Counted from the first letter of the stretch, positions 27,363 to 36,065 are shown. The stretch is 37,542 nt of DNA from Planctomycetota bacterium (GCA_003553185.1 PUPC01000128.1:1-37542), one strand, 5' to 3'. Made by a program: numbers and translations. Notes: generated by a model not told the origin, from the letters alone.

Positions 27363-28448
27363 TCAGCCGGGGCGGCGATATCGCCTTGCACGTGCCTCCC
27401 CGGTCAACACCCGAACAGCGCCCTCGGCGAGTGCGATCATTTCGATCTCCCCCGGCATCGTGTGGACCGGCGCGATGAATTTGACCCGGCGTCTTATGCT
27501 GCGAACAACCGGTTTGCAGCGGGCGACGGAGCCGGTGAGGGCGATGGCATCGACACGCCCGGCCAGTGCCGCCGCCCGGGCGCCGATCTCGCCCGCTACC
27601 TGATAGGCCATCGCGGCAAGCACATTTTTCGACGCCTCGTCTCCCGCGGCCGCCCGGTTCTCCACCTCGAGCAGGTCGTTCGTACCCAGGTATGCGACCA
27701 CACCGCCCCGGCCGGTGATGCGGGCCAGCAGTTCGTCGGGGGGCATCTCCCCGGCGAGGCGGACCAGGTCGGCCGCCGGCAGGCCGCCGCTCCGTTCGAC
27801 CGCGAACGGGCCGTCCCCGTCGAGGGCGTTGTTCACGTCGATGGCCTTGCCCCGGCGGTGCGCCGCGATGGACGTCCCGCCGCCGAGATGGGCGACGATC
27901 AGGTTCGCCCCCTCGTATCGCTTGCCCAGTTTCCGGGCCAGCCGACGGGCGACCGCCTTCTGGTTCAGTGCGTGCCAGATGCTGCGCCGCTCGATCTCGG
28001 GGATGCCGGAGTAACGCGCCTCCCCGCACAGTTCGTCGACGACCACGGGATCGACGATGAATGCCGGCGCCCCGGCCTGCTCGGCGATGCCCGCCCCGAT
28101 GATCGCGCTCAGGTTGCTGGCGTGGAGGCCGTATCGCCCCGTCCGGAGATCGTCGAGCATCGCATCGCCCACCCGGTAGGTCCCCGAGGGCAGCGGGGCG
28201 AGCAGGCCGCCCCGGCAGGAGACGGCGTCGAGGTCGGGAGGGGCGACATCGCAGCGTTCGAGCACATCGAGGACGGCTGACTCCCGCATCGGAACCTGGT
28301 CGATGAGCCGGCGAAACGCGTTCAGTTCCTCGACGGAATGCCGGACGGTCTCTTCCGAGGCGACGTCGCTGCCCCGGAACAGGGCGACCTTAGTCGAGGT
28401 CGATCCGGTGTTGATCACCCCCACGAACGGGGCGGGCCGTTCTACCAC
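27363..28448 (-). CDS. buk: butyrate kinase (ASKHA acetate/butyrate kinase family), 361 aa
   Basis: Track ORF with a GTG start 2 nt after the ptb stop. The N-terminal VINTGSTSTKVALF phosphate-binding motif and the length fit Buk. HLGGGTSIAAH and further ASKHA motifs are also present. Confidence 0.88.
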   Translation of the reverse strand: MVERPAPFVGVINTGSTSTKVALFRGSDVASEETVRHSVEELNAFRRLIDQVPMRESAVLDVLERCDVAPPDLDAVSCRGGLLAPLPSGTYRVGDAMLDDLRTGRYGLHASNLSAIIGAGIAEQAGAPAFIVDPVVVDELCGEARYSGIPEIERRSIWHALNQKAVARRLARKLGKRYEGANLIVAHLGGGTSIAAHRRGKAIDVNNALDGDGPFAVERSGGLPAADLVRLAGEMPPDELLARITGRGGVVAYLGTNDLLEVENRAAAGDEASKNVLAAMAYQVAGEIGARAAALAGRVDAIALTGSVARCKPVVRSIRRRVKFIAPVHTMPGEIEMIALAEGAVRVLTGEARARRYRRPG

Positions 28449-28450
28449 GG

Positions 28451-29365
28451 TCAGTTCTCAATCATGGCGCAGGCGAGTGCGATGCTGAGGAATTTCATTC
28501 GAGCGGTGTCGGCCCGGCCGGGGACCACGACGGGCGCGGTGGCCCCCCAGATGATGCTGGCCCCTTCAAGTCCTGCGAAGCAGGTGAGGGCCTTGTAGAT
28601 GGCGTTGGCGGTCTCGATCTCGGGTGCGACCACGATGTCGGCCTGACCGGCGACCGGGCCGGCCAGCCCCTTGGACCGGGCGACATCGGGCGAGACCGCG
28701 TCGTCGAGAGCGAGGGGCCCCTGGGCGATCAGTTCGCCGAGCAGGCCGGCGTCACTCATCCGCTCGATGAGCTTCGCTTCCAGGGTGGCGGGCATCGCCG
28801 TGACGTTGACGTGCTCGATGGCGGCGAGCATCGCCACCTTCGGTTTCCGCACGCCCAGCCGACGCAGCACCTCGGCGGCGTTCCTGATGATCTCGATCTT
28901 TTGGGAGAGGGTCGGCCGGATGTTCACCCCTGCATCGGTCACCACCACGCACTTGCCGCTGGGCGGGGCGTGGAACAGGGCGACGTGGCTGAGCATTCCG
29001 TCCCCACGCAGGCCCGTCTGGTGGTTCAGGATCGCCCGGATCACCTGCTTGGTGGGCAGGTGGCCTTTCATCATGGCCAGGGCGCGTCCCTCGCGCACGC
29101 TTGCGGTCGTGCACTCCGCCACCTTGCTCTGTTCAGGCACGTCCTCGAACTCGAACCCGTCCAGCGAGATGCCGAGGGTCCGGGCGCAGGTGATGATCGC
29201 CTGTTTGCGGCCGACGGCGAGCGGCTTGATCAGCCCGGTGTCGGCGGCCAACCGCAGGGCTTCGAGCGATTCGGCGTCCTCCGGCCCCGCGCAGGCGAGG
29301 GGGATGGGCTGCTGCCGCTCACGGACACGGTCAACAAGTTGATCGACCTTGTCGATGCCGATCAC
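28451..29365 (-). CDS. ptb: phosphate butyryltransferase / phosphotransacylase, about 304 aa
   Basis: Track ORF 28451..29416. I prefer the GTG at 29365..29363, which overlaps the ilvN-like TGA (GTGA) and removes an Arg/Gly-rich extension. Motifs: MKGHLPT, SHVALFHAP...VVTDAGVNI, PKVAMLAAIEHVN, GPLALDDAVSPDVA, ADIVVAPEIETANAIYK and SIALA, typical of Ptb/Pta-type enzymes. Confidence 0.88.
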   Translation of the reverse strand: MIGIDKVDQLVDRVRERQQPIPLACAGPEDAESLEALRLAADTGLIKPLAVGRKQAIITCARTLGISLDGFEFEDVPEQSKVAECTTASVREGRALAMMKGHLPTKQVIRAILNHQTGLRGDGMLSHVALFHAPPSGKCVVVTDAGVNIRPTLSQKIEIIRNAAEVLRRLGVRKPKVAMLAAIEHVNVTAMPATLEAKLIERMSDAGLLGELIAQGPLALDDAVSPDVARSKGLAGPVAGQADIVVAPEIETANAIYKALTCFAGLEGASIIWGATAPVVVPGRADTARMKFLSIALACAMIEN

Positions 29366-29850
29366 GCTTTGTCCCCTTCGCTTTCGCTCACCGCCACCCG
29401 TCCGCTGCGCGCGCACTCGATGATCCCGAAGGGGCGCAGCATCCTCAGCAAAGCGGTCACTTTCTCCTCGGAGCCGGTCATCTCGATGGTCATAATATCG
29501 GGCTTCAGTGCAGAGACCTTCGCCCCCATCACCTCGAGAATCTGCATCAGTTGGGGGAGGTCCTCCGGCCGGGTATTGATCTTCGCCAACATCAACTCGC
29601 GGTCGATGAACCCGCTTCGGTCCAGATCTTCCACCTCGATTACGTCGTCCAGACGGGTGGTCTCGTCGGCGATCGCATCAAGCTTGTCCATCTCGCCTTC
29701 GATCTCGATGGTCAGGCGGGAGATATGCTCCTGTTCCGCCTCGTTCACGGCCAGACTGTGTATGTTGATGCCCCGATCACCGAACGACTTGGCGATCCGG
29801 GCCAGGACCCCCGGACGGTTGGCGACAAGGCACGAGATCATGTGGCGCAT
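29362..29850 (-). CDS. ilvN: acetolactate synthase small (regulatory) subunit homologue, ACT + ALS_ss_C domains, about 162 aa
   Basis: Track ORF 29362..29883. I prefer the start at the ATG at 29850 (MRHMISCLVANRPGVLARIAKSFGDRGINIHSLAV), which aligns end-to-end with the IlvH/IlvN opening (MRR.LS.LVEN..GVL.R....F..RG.NI.SL.V). The C-terminal ...IIECARSGRVAVS resembles the IlvH ...IVEVARSGVVGLS. AAGGAAAAG lies upstream. Confidence 0.85.
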   Translation of the reverse strand: MRHMISCLVANRPGVLARIAKSFGDRGINIHSLAVNEAEQEHISRLTIEIEGEMDKLDAIADETTRLDDVIEVEDLDRSGFIDRELMLAKINTRPEDLPQLMQILEVMGAKVSALKPDIMTIEMTGSEEKVTALLRMLRPFGIIECARSGRVAVSESEGDKA

Positions 29851-29895
29851 CTGCTTTTCCTTTCTTTGCCCCGGTCTCCTCAAACGCGACGCGCT

Positions 29896-29924
29896 ATGCT
29901 ACGGCCCAACGGCGATCACGTCAA
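29896..29924 (-). promoter_or_regulatory. sigma70-like promoter candidate (TTGACG-N17-TAGCAT, minus strand) for ilvN-ptb-buk
   Basis: The reverse complement of 29891-29930 reads ctatcaTTGACGtgatcgccgttgggccgTAGCATagcgc. It lies about 45 nt upstream of the ATG at 29850, inside the 161-nt gap after the preceding gene. Confidence 0.4.
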
Positions 29925-30011
29925 TGATAGAGCCCACATTCAACAGCGCAACCATCGCAGCCGACAACCGATCAGCCGCTGCCCGCAGAGCATGTTGCCG
30001 TGCTGCGTCCC

Positions 30012-30908
30012 TCAGTCTTCGGGGGGCGACGTGATGAACTGTTCCAGCAGGTCTTCGGGCACTTCGACATCGTCCTGATGGGGCAAGGGGAAGCGGACGA
30101 ATTCGATGGTGAGCCCCCATGCTTCGACCGTTTGCCGGAGCAGCCGGTTCGCCTCATCCACATAGGCCCGGGCTGTCCCCACCTGCCGGGGAAATTCGAC
30201 CACGTACACTTCGTACAGGCCGTCCCCGATGCGGAGGTTTTCCTTCGATGTCACCCGGGCCTGGGCCGAAGATATCCCGAACGAGATGGGGTCGATAACC
30301 TGGAAACGCCACGCCTGGCCAACCCGCAGGTCGCCCACCCAGCCGACGGGCATGAAGTTGTGTGCCAGAACATCCTGCTTCTGGACGGGAATCGACCTGT
30401 GGAAATGGCGTGGCTGATCGAAATGATCGTTGTTCAACACCGCGGTGATGTGGAGCGTACCGCCCTCCACAAACCCACGGGCCGTGGTCTGAAGCTCTGT
30501 CGAGTGGGTGGTCAGGCGGAAGGACTGGAGGGTGTTCTCCGGCGATATCACCAGTTCCGATTGCAGGACAAATTGCTGGACCAGGGACGCTACAAGCTGG
30601 CGGGTCGCCTCGTTCTGAAGGAACTGACCGTGCCGGCGGAAGTCGATCACCGTCTCGGTCGTGATTTCACACGTGCCGTCCGCCTGCAGCAGGAACGAGG
30701 TCTCGCTCGCTCCGATCAGGTTCCGGCTCTCGGTCCCGTCATAGATAAGCATGTGCGAAGTGGGGTTCATACGGGCGTAAGCCCTGACCGCACCGTAGCC
30801 GGCAGGAGGATGAGCGAAGGCGTAGGGGAGGACCTCCCGCCTGACGAAAAGCCCCATCATCACCAGCCAGAAGCCGATGACGGCGTAGATCAGAACCTTT
30901 TTGGTCAT
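30012..30908 (-). CDS. hypothetical membrane-anchored protein (single N-terminal TM helix), about 298 aa
   Basis: Track ORF 30012..30956. I prefer the ATG at 30908 (MTKKVLIYAVIGFWLVMMGLFV...), which has GGAGG 9 nt upstream. I recognise no family. Amino-acid composition is protein-like. Confidence 0.65.
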   Translation of the reverse strand: MTKKVLIYAVIGFWLVMMGLFVRREVLPYAFAHPPAGYGAVRAYARMNPTSHMLIYDGTESRNLIGASETSFLLQADGTCEITTETVIDFRRHGQFLQNEATRQLVASLVQQFVLQSELVISPENTLQSFRLTTHSTELQTTARGFVEGGTLHITAVLNNDHFDQPRHFHRSIPVQKQDVLAHNFMPVGWVGDLRVGQAWRFQVIDPISFGISSAQARVTSKENLRIGDGLYEVYVVEFPRQVGTARAYVDEANRLLRQTVEAWGLTIEFVRFPLPHQDDVEVPEDLLEQFITSPPED

Positions 30909-30938
30909 AAGGCGGCCTCCGGAGCGGATAATAAATCC

Positions 30939-30967
30939 ATTGTATGAGCCGCCCATGCAGGTGTCAA
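30939..30967 (-). promoter_or_regulatory. sigma70-like promoter candidate (TTGACA-N17-TACAAT, minus strand)
   Basis: The reverse complement of 30931-30970 reads gcgTTGACAcctgcatgggcggctcaTACAATggatttat. Both hexamers are near consensus. It lies about 30 nt upstream of the ATG at 30908. Confidence 0.5.
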
Positions 30968-31119
30968 CGCGGTCGCTGCTCGTTTACGAGGTTGACGGCC
31001 GAACCGGCGGCGCCCGTGACAGAACGCTGCTGGAAACGAAGACAGTCGGTCCGGCCACAACACAGACAGCCCGCAGGGTAAGGGCCGTCAGATGTTCTCA
31101 GGTGGAGGAGTGGTCCCGG

Positions 31120-32127
31120 TCAGTTGCGAATGATCTCGGCGGTGGGCTCGAGCGTCCCCAGGTCTTCGCCGGGCAGCACCACGTGACTGGTCGGGGCGCC
31201 GCACGATGCGAGCCCGCCGCTCGTCGGAGCGGTGTGGGCTTCGACCACGGAGAAATCTTCGAGCGACCGAATCTCGACGATGAGATCGCCCTCCTCGACC
31301 GCCGCCACCTCGGGCTGGTGAAAGCTGGCAAACCCGATCTGGCTGGTTCGGAACCCGATCTTGCTGGCCATCCGGTGAAAGACGATCTGCGTGTCCGGAA
31401 GCTCCAACTCGCCCTCGAGCATGCCCAGGTGCTTCATGATGTTGAGCACCCCCCGCCGGGCGTCGAGCACCCGGTGACGCTGGACCACTTTGCTGGTGGG
31501 CGACATCTCGACCAGGATCGCCGGGGTGCCGAGCTCGATGGGGACCCGTCGATGCAGTTGGCCCGAGAAGTGGCCTTCCTCTTCCGTCTCGTCCACGGTC
31601 TCGAAGCCGAACGCCAGGGCGATCTCCCGGCTGGCAGGGCTCGTGTTCACGTACCCGGTGAAATTCGGGTCGCACATCCGACAGCTATGAAAGTCGAGCA
31701 CCGCGTCGGCCTGCTCGAACAGGCCGTGGGACAGTGTATAGGTCAGCCGCTCGTTCCACGTGCCATCCTCCACCCCGGGCCAACACCGGTTGATGTTCGT
31801 CCGCGGCGTTCCCTCGGCCGAAGCCAGCGACCCCGCCTGGGCCGGATAGGCATCGGGCACCCGCGTGCGCAGGATGAACGGGATGTTCGCAAGCGGGACT
31901 ACCGCCAGCGTACCGGTCATCGCCGACAGGTCGAGCTCCCGGAGGAGGGTCGCGATCATTGCGGACCCGCTGTACTCGGTCGGGTGCTGGGCACAATGAA
32001 CGACGAGCAGCGGGCCGTCCCGGCTGCCCTTGGCCAGCACCAGCGGGATGGGGACCTTGTTGACTTCGAACGAACCGTACACCACCTCGCCCGCAACCGG
32101 GCGAAGGCCCAAAAGATCGGAACTCAT
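31120..32127 (-). CDS. succinylglutamate desuccinylase / aspartoacylase (AstE/AspA, M14-like zinc deacylase) family protein, 335 aa
   Basis: Track ORF. LLVVHCAQHPTEYSGS (the H..E zinc ligands) followed later by VLDFHSC (third His) matches the AstE/AspA family layout. GGAG lies 6 nt before the ATG. Confidence 0.75.
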   Translation of the reverse strand: MSSDLLGLRPVAGEVVYGSFEVNKVPIPLVLAKGSRDGPLLVVHCAQHPTEYSGSAMIATLLRELDLSAMTGTLAVVPLANIPFILRTRVPDAYPAQAGSLASAEGTPRTNINRCWPGVEDGTWNERLTYTLSHGLFEQADAVLDFHSCRMCDPNFTGYVNTSPASREIALAFGFETVDETEEEGHFSGQLHRRVPIELGTPAILVEMSPTSKVVQRHRVLDARRGVLNIMKHLGMLEGELELPDTQIVFHRMASKIGFRTSQIGFASFHQPEVAAVEEGDLIVEIRSLEDFSVVEAHTAPTSGGLASCGAPTSHVVLPGEDLGTLEPTAEIIRN

Positions 32128-32163
32128 TTCGTACTCCGTTGGCCGGGTTGAAAGGTCGGGCAG

Positions 32164-32192
32164 AGTTTACGCGACCCGGCGGTTGGGCGCAA
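32164..32192 (-). promoter_or_regulatory. sigma70-like promoter candidate (TTGCGC-N17-TAAACT, minus strand)
   Basis: The reverse complement reads ggTTGCGCccaaccgccgggtcgcgTAAACTctgc, about 37 nt upstream of the ATG at 32127. Confidence 0.3.
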
Positions 32193-32218
32193 CCCCCGGA
32201 CGTCTTCGCCCCATCGGC

Positions 32219-33523
32219 TCAGTCGAATTCTTCTGCGTGGTCCTGCCACCATGTGACGCACCGATCGACCGCGTCTTCGCCCGTGCCGAAATCCTTGCCC
32301 ACGGTCCGCCCGACGGCGGCGACCAGTGCGGCGCGGACCGGCCGGCTCGGCTTCCACTGGCTGGTCCCGTCGAGCAGCCGCATCAAGTCGGGGACCACGT
32401 CGCGGTCTCGGATTCGCCCAAAATAGTCGGCAGTGGCGATGACCAGGCCGCTCTCCTCCAGGTCGACGCCCGTCCGGAACGCCCGTCGCATTGTGTCGAG
32501 CGCCTCGGGTCCGGCAATCTCCGACAGCCCCTCAATGGCGTATCTGTACTCCGGCTGCGGCAGGTTCTGCCTCGTGGCCGCCGTTTCCAGCAGATTGCGG
32601 CGGAGATCGTCCGGCCGTTCCTCCAGCCACTCTTCCCACTCCCGGACGCCGGCCGCCCTGGCCTCGCTGGGAGCGTCGGCAAAATCTACATCGACGCGGT
32701 GGCCTGTCAACGCGCGCAGGGCGAGGTCGGCGGCAAGACGGGTGGCGGCGTCATCGCTTTCCAACTGTCCGATGAAGACCGGGAGAGCGCCGTGCTCCCG
32801 CTCGCGGTCGGCCCACCAGCTTCTCCAAGCATCGATGGCCGGCTCTCGCACCGCCTGCCCGGCCTCTTGAAAATCGAGTGCGACCTTGTGACCGGTGATC
32901 TTGCGCAGGGCGATGTGCGCGGCCAGACGGACCGAGGAAGTGCTGTCGTCGAGCATCTCGATCAGGTCGGGAACGGCCTCGAGGGCGCCCATCTGGCCCA
33001 GCTTGTGTGCGGCCAAGCTTCGCCGGCCGGACCGCTCGTGCTCCAGTTCCGCCCGCAGCTCCTCGACCCGTTCCGCGCGGTCTTCCGCCGGCCCGTCATC
33101 CGGGGCGACATCGCCGACGACCGTGACGGCCCGCCGTACCTCGGCCAGCCGATCGGCGGACACCAACTGATCGAAATCCCGGATTGCGTACGCTCCCTCA
33201 TCGGCCCGTTCCAACAGCCAGACACCGCGCTGGTTGAGTTCGATCTGCGGCCCGTCTTCCACCGTCAGGCGAGAGAGGTCAACGTCCAACGCCGGCCGGG
33301 TGGTGCTGCCCCTCAACACTTCGAGCACGGCGACCCGGGCGATGGTCGGCCCGGGCGCGTCCTCATTATCGCCCACACCATCGCCCTCGATGACGTTCAT
33401 CACCTCCCCGAACACAACGAGGTCGGCACGCCCGACACGTTCGACCAGGGCGTCGTTGGCCGACGCCGAAGCGGGGATAAAGCTCAATAACGCTGCAGTC
33501 AGAATGATCGACATGCTTCTCAT
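32219..33523 (-). CDS. secreted HEAT-repeat (PBS-lyase-type HEAT) protein, 434 aa
   Basis: Track ORF. Signal peptide MRSMSIILTAALLSFIPASASA. Repeated HEAT-like units are present (AAHKLGQMGALEAVPDLIEMLDDSTSSVRLAAHIALRKITG; DAATRLAADLALRALTG). AGGAGG lies 7 nt before the ATG. Confidence 0.8.
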   Translation of the reverse strand: MRSMSIILTAALLSFIPASASANDALVERVGRADLVVFGEVMNVIEGDGVGDNEDAPGPTIARVAVLEVLRGSTTRPALDVDLSRLTVEDGPQIELNQRGVWLLERADEGAYAIRDFDQLVSADRLAEVRRAVTVVGDVAPDDGPAEDRAERVEELRAELEHERSGRRSLAAHKLGQMGALEAVPDLIEMLDDSTSSVRLAAHIALRKITGHKVALDFQEAGQAVREPAIDAWRSWWADREREHGALPVFIGQLESDDAATRLAADLALRALTGHRVDVDFADAPSEARAAGVREWEEWLEERPDDLRRNLLETAATRQNLPQPEYRYAIEGLSEIAGPEALDTMRRAFRTGVDLEESGLVIATADYFGRIRDRDVVPDLMRLLDGTSQWKPSRPVRAALVAAVGRTVGKDFGTGEDAVDRCVTWWQDHAEEFD

Positions 33524-33553
33524 ATGGGAACCTCCTGGATAACCCTAACCCCG

Positions 33554-33582
33554 ATTTTACGCGCACCGGAGTGACGCTGCAA
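33554..33582 (-). promoter_or_regulatory. sigma70-like promoter candidate (TTGCAG-N17-TAAAAT, minus strand)
   Basis: The reverse complement reads cagTTGCAGcgtcactccggtgcgcgTAAAATcgggg, about 30 nt upstream of the ATG at 33523. Confidence 0.35.
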
Positions 33583-33628
33583 CTGGCGGCCGACGGGGAC
33601 GGGCAAGGAGCCGAGCCGAGCGGGCGAG

Positions 33629-34408
33629 CTATTCCCGCCGGGGGCGCGTCAGGGCGGCGCCGAGCGCGACGACGTGCTGGGGGGATGGCGGCACGTACAC
33701 GGTCCGGCCGATGATGCGTTCGAGGGCGCGGCGGACGCCGCCGTTGAGAGCGCCGCCGCCGATGAAGCAGAGGTCGTGCTCGCCCATCGGCCGGGCCATC
33801 CCGGCGATGCGGGCGGCGATCGCGTGGTGAAGCCCGGCGACGATGTCCGCTCGCTCGGCGCCGTCGGCGATCAACGAGATGACCTCGCTCTCGGCGAAGA
33901 CAGTGCAGGTGGCGTTCACCGGCTCCCGATGATCGGCGGTCTCGTCCAGCTCGCCCAGCCGGTCAACCGGCACCTCGAGCAGGTCGGCCATCACCTCGAG
34001 GAACCGCCCGGTGCCGGCCGCGCAGCGGTCGTTCATCACGAAATCGCGGACCAGCCCGTCCTCATCCAGCAGGATGACCTTGGTATCCTGCCCGCCCAAG
34101 TCCACAATCAGCCGCGGGCTGCCCCAGGGGCAGCCGACCTCGACTGCGCCCCTTGCCGCGGCGGTGATCTCGGTAATCACGTCGTCGGCGAGGTCGATCG
34201 CCCGCCTGCCGTACCCGGTGGCGATCACCCGCCCCACTTCGGCCCGGCTGGCTCCGGCCGTTTCGAGCACGAGCCGCAGCGCCTCCCCGGCCACCGCCTG
34301 ATGGGCCGCTCCGCTCCGCAGGTCCGCCCGGCCGACGATCGCCCCGTCCCGCAGGGCGACCGCTTTGGTCGCCACCGATCCGATGTCCAGCCCCACCGCA
34401 AGCGTCAT
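33629..34408 (-). CDS. BcrAD/BadFG-family ATPase (HgdC-like CoA-substrate-specific enzyme activase), 259 aa
   Basis: This is the C-terminal 259 codons of track ORF 33629..35275. The ATG at 34408..34406 overlaps the truA TGA (ATGA). Motifs: MTLAVGLDIGSVATK, VDLGGQDTK, NDRCAAGTGRFLE, CTVFAESEV and FIGGGALN. These include the ASKHA phosphate motifs and the two Cys positions used by HgdC-type activators for the bridging [4Fe-4S] cluster. Confidence 0.85.
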   Translation of the reverse strand: MTLAVGLDIGSVATKAVALRDGAIVGRADLRSGAAHQAVAGEALRLVLETAGASRAEVGRVIATGYGRRAIDLADDVITEITAAARGAVEVGCPWGSPRLIVDLGGQDTKVILLDEDGLVRDFVMNDRCAAGTGRFLEVMADLLEVPVDRLGELDETADHREPVNATCTVFAESEVISLIADGAERADIVAGLHHAIAARIAGMARPMGEHDLCFIGGGALNGGVRRALERIIGRTVYVPPSPQHVVALGAALTRPRRE

Positions 34409-35145
34409 CGGTATTCCACCTCCATCAGGCACAGCCCCTGCGGCGGCGCGGTTGGCCCGGCCTGTGCCCGGTCGCGGGTCGCGATCAGGGCGGGGATCGA
34501 GTCCGGCGTGCGGCGGCCCTGCCCAACCTCGATGAGGGTCCCGGCGATGGCCCGAACCATGTTGTACAGGAAGCCGTCGGCTGAAACGGTCATCTCGATC
34601 CGGTCCCCGTCGGCCAGCACGTCGAGCCGGGTGACGGTCCGGACGGACGAGTTGTCGCCCGACTTCGACTCGAACGCGGCGAAGTCGTGGCGCCCGACGA
34701 TGTGCCCGGCGGCGGCCCGCATGGCGGCGACATCGAGCGGGCGGCGAACCAGGCAGGCCCGGTTCCTCTCCAGCGGGCTGGGGACCGCCCGGTTGATGAT
34801 CGTGTATCGGTAGGTCTTGCCGGTGGCGGAATATCGCGCGTGGAAGTCGTCGGGCACATCGCGGGCATCGATGACGGCCACGTCCTCGGGCAGTTGGGTA
34901 TTGATGGCGTGGACCAGGTCGTCCGCCGGGATGGTCGTGTCGGTCTTGACGCTCGCGACCTGTGCTCGGGCGTGGACGCCGGCATCGGTCCGGCCCGAGC
35001 CGACGAGCGTGATCTCCGGCTCGCCGGTGATTCGGGAGATCGCCCGCTGGACGGTCTCCTGCACGGTCCGGGCGTTCGGCTGGACCTGCCAGCCGGCGAA
35101 GTCGGTCCCGTCGTACTCGATGGTGAGCTTGATGTTCCGGCTCAT
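34405..35145 (-). CDS. truA: tRNA pseudouridine(38-40) synthase TruA, 246 aa
   Basis: Track ORF. MSRNIKLTIEYDGTDFAGWQVQPNARTVQ ... GSGRTDAGVHA (catalytic Asp motif) ... GFLYNMVRAIAGTL are canonical TruA blocks. Confidence 0.95.
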   Translation of the reverse strand: MSRNIKLTIEYDGTDFAGWQVQPNARTVQETVQRAISRITGEPEITLVGSGRTDAGVHARAQVASVKTDTTIPADDLVHAINTQLPEDVAVIDARDVPDDFHARYSATGKTYRYTIINRAVPSPLERNRACLVRRPLDVAAMRAAAGHIVGRHDFAAFESKSGDNSSVRTVTRLDVLADGDRIEMTVSADGFLYNMVRAIAGTLIEVGQGRRTPDSIPALIATRDRAQAGPTAPPQGLCLMEVEYR

Positions 35146-35216
35146 GATTTCGGGCCGTCGAGCCGCCGGGTCGGGCGGCGGCGGTGCCCCGGGAATGCCG
35201 CCGTATCGGGCGGCGG

Positions 35217-36065
35217 TCAGATGTCCTGCTTGACCTCATCCATAAGCTGCTCGAACATCCGGCCGTACTTGACATACGAGTTGTAGAGGGCGTCGGGGTC
35301 GTCCCCTTTTTTGCCCTCGTGGATGACGGCCGAGACGTGCGGCTCGATGGAGAAGACGCCGTCGTAGCCGGACTCGAGGATTTCCTTGAGCTGTTGGCGG
35401 ACCTGGCTGTCGCCCTCGCCGGGGAAGGTCCCGTGGCTCTTCCCGCTGGGCGACTTGGTCATATCCTTGATGTGGACGTAGGCGATCCGGTCGAGCAACC
35501 CGTGGAAGAACGCCATCGTGTCCTTGTCATATCCGACCGAGTTGCCGGTGTCGTAGAGCACGACGAGGCCGGGCGAATCGACCTTCTCCAACAGCTCGAT
35601 GGTCTGCTCGGGGCCTTCCGAGGCCCAGCCGGTGCAGTTCTCGTGGGCCAGGGCCACGCCGCCGTCCGCCGCCATCTGCGCCAGCTCGCGGGTGCGCCGG
35701 ATCGACTCGTCGCGCCATTCTTCGTAGGATGCGTTCGACTTCTTCCAGGTCATCATCCGGATGTACGGGGTCCCGGCCTTCTGCATCCGGGGGATGGCCC
35801 GGGCGAGTTCGGCCTTGTCGACCTCGAAGTCGCCGGTGATATCGCGCGACCAGTTCCCCAGTTGAGAGGCGAAGCAGCTTATCTGCAGGCCGGCGTCCTG
35901 GACCATCCCGAACACCTTCTCGAACTCCTCTTCCGGCAGGTCGGTCAGGTTCGTGTCGCCAATCATACGCAGCTCGATGTGGTCCCAGCCGAGTTCCTTG
36001 TGTGCCTGGATCTGTTTCTCGATATCACGCCCTGCCTCGTCGGCAATTCCCGAGTAAATCATCAT
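35217..36065 (-). CDS. sugar phosphate isomerase/epimerase (xylose-isomerase-like TIM barrel) family protein, about 282 aa
   Basis: Track ORF 35217..36074, whose first codon is TTG. ATG codons at 36065 and 36062 follow a GGAG, so the start is uncertain by a few codons. GWDHIELR, ...ALAHENCTGW... and VHIKD are typical of AP-endonuclease-2 / xylose-isomerase-like TIM barrels. Confidence 0.8.
   Translation of the reverse strand: MMIYSGIADEAGRDIEKQIQAHKELGWDHIELRMIGDTNLTDLPEEEFEKVFGMVQDAGLQISCFASQLGNWSRDITGDFEVDKAELARAIPRMQKAGTPYIRMMTWKKSNASYEEWRDESIRRTRELAQMAADGGVALAHENCTGWASEGPEQTIELLEKVDSPGLVVLYDTGNSVGYDKDTMAFFHGLLDRIAYVHIKDMTKSPSGKSHGTFPGEGDSQVRQQLKEILESGYDGVFSIEPHVSAVIHEGKKGDDPDALYNSYVKYGRMFEQLMDEVKQDI

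Noticed and set aside
26245-28029. 594-aa ORF on the minus strand
   Set aside because: It overlaps the antisense of the 2-hydroxyacid dehydrogenase and an alternative frame of buk. It is extremely Arg/Gly/Pro-rich and not protein-like.
34409-35275. N-terminal 289 codons of the 548-aa track ORF 33629..35275, an apparent large fusion protein
   Set aside because: This portion is an alternative frame of truA and is Arg/Pro/Gly-rich (…RPGGSTARNHEPEHQAHHRVRRDRLRR…). The real activase begins at the internal ATG at 34408, where the canonical MTLAVGLDIGS ASKHA N-terminus starts and overlaps the truA stop.
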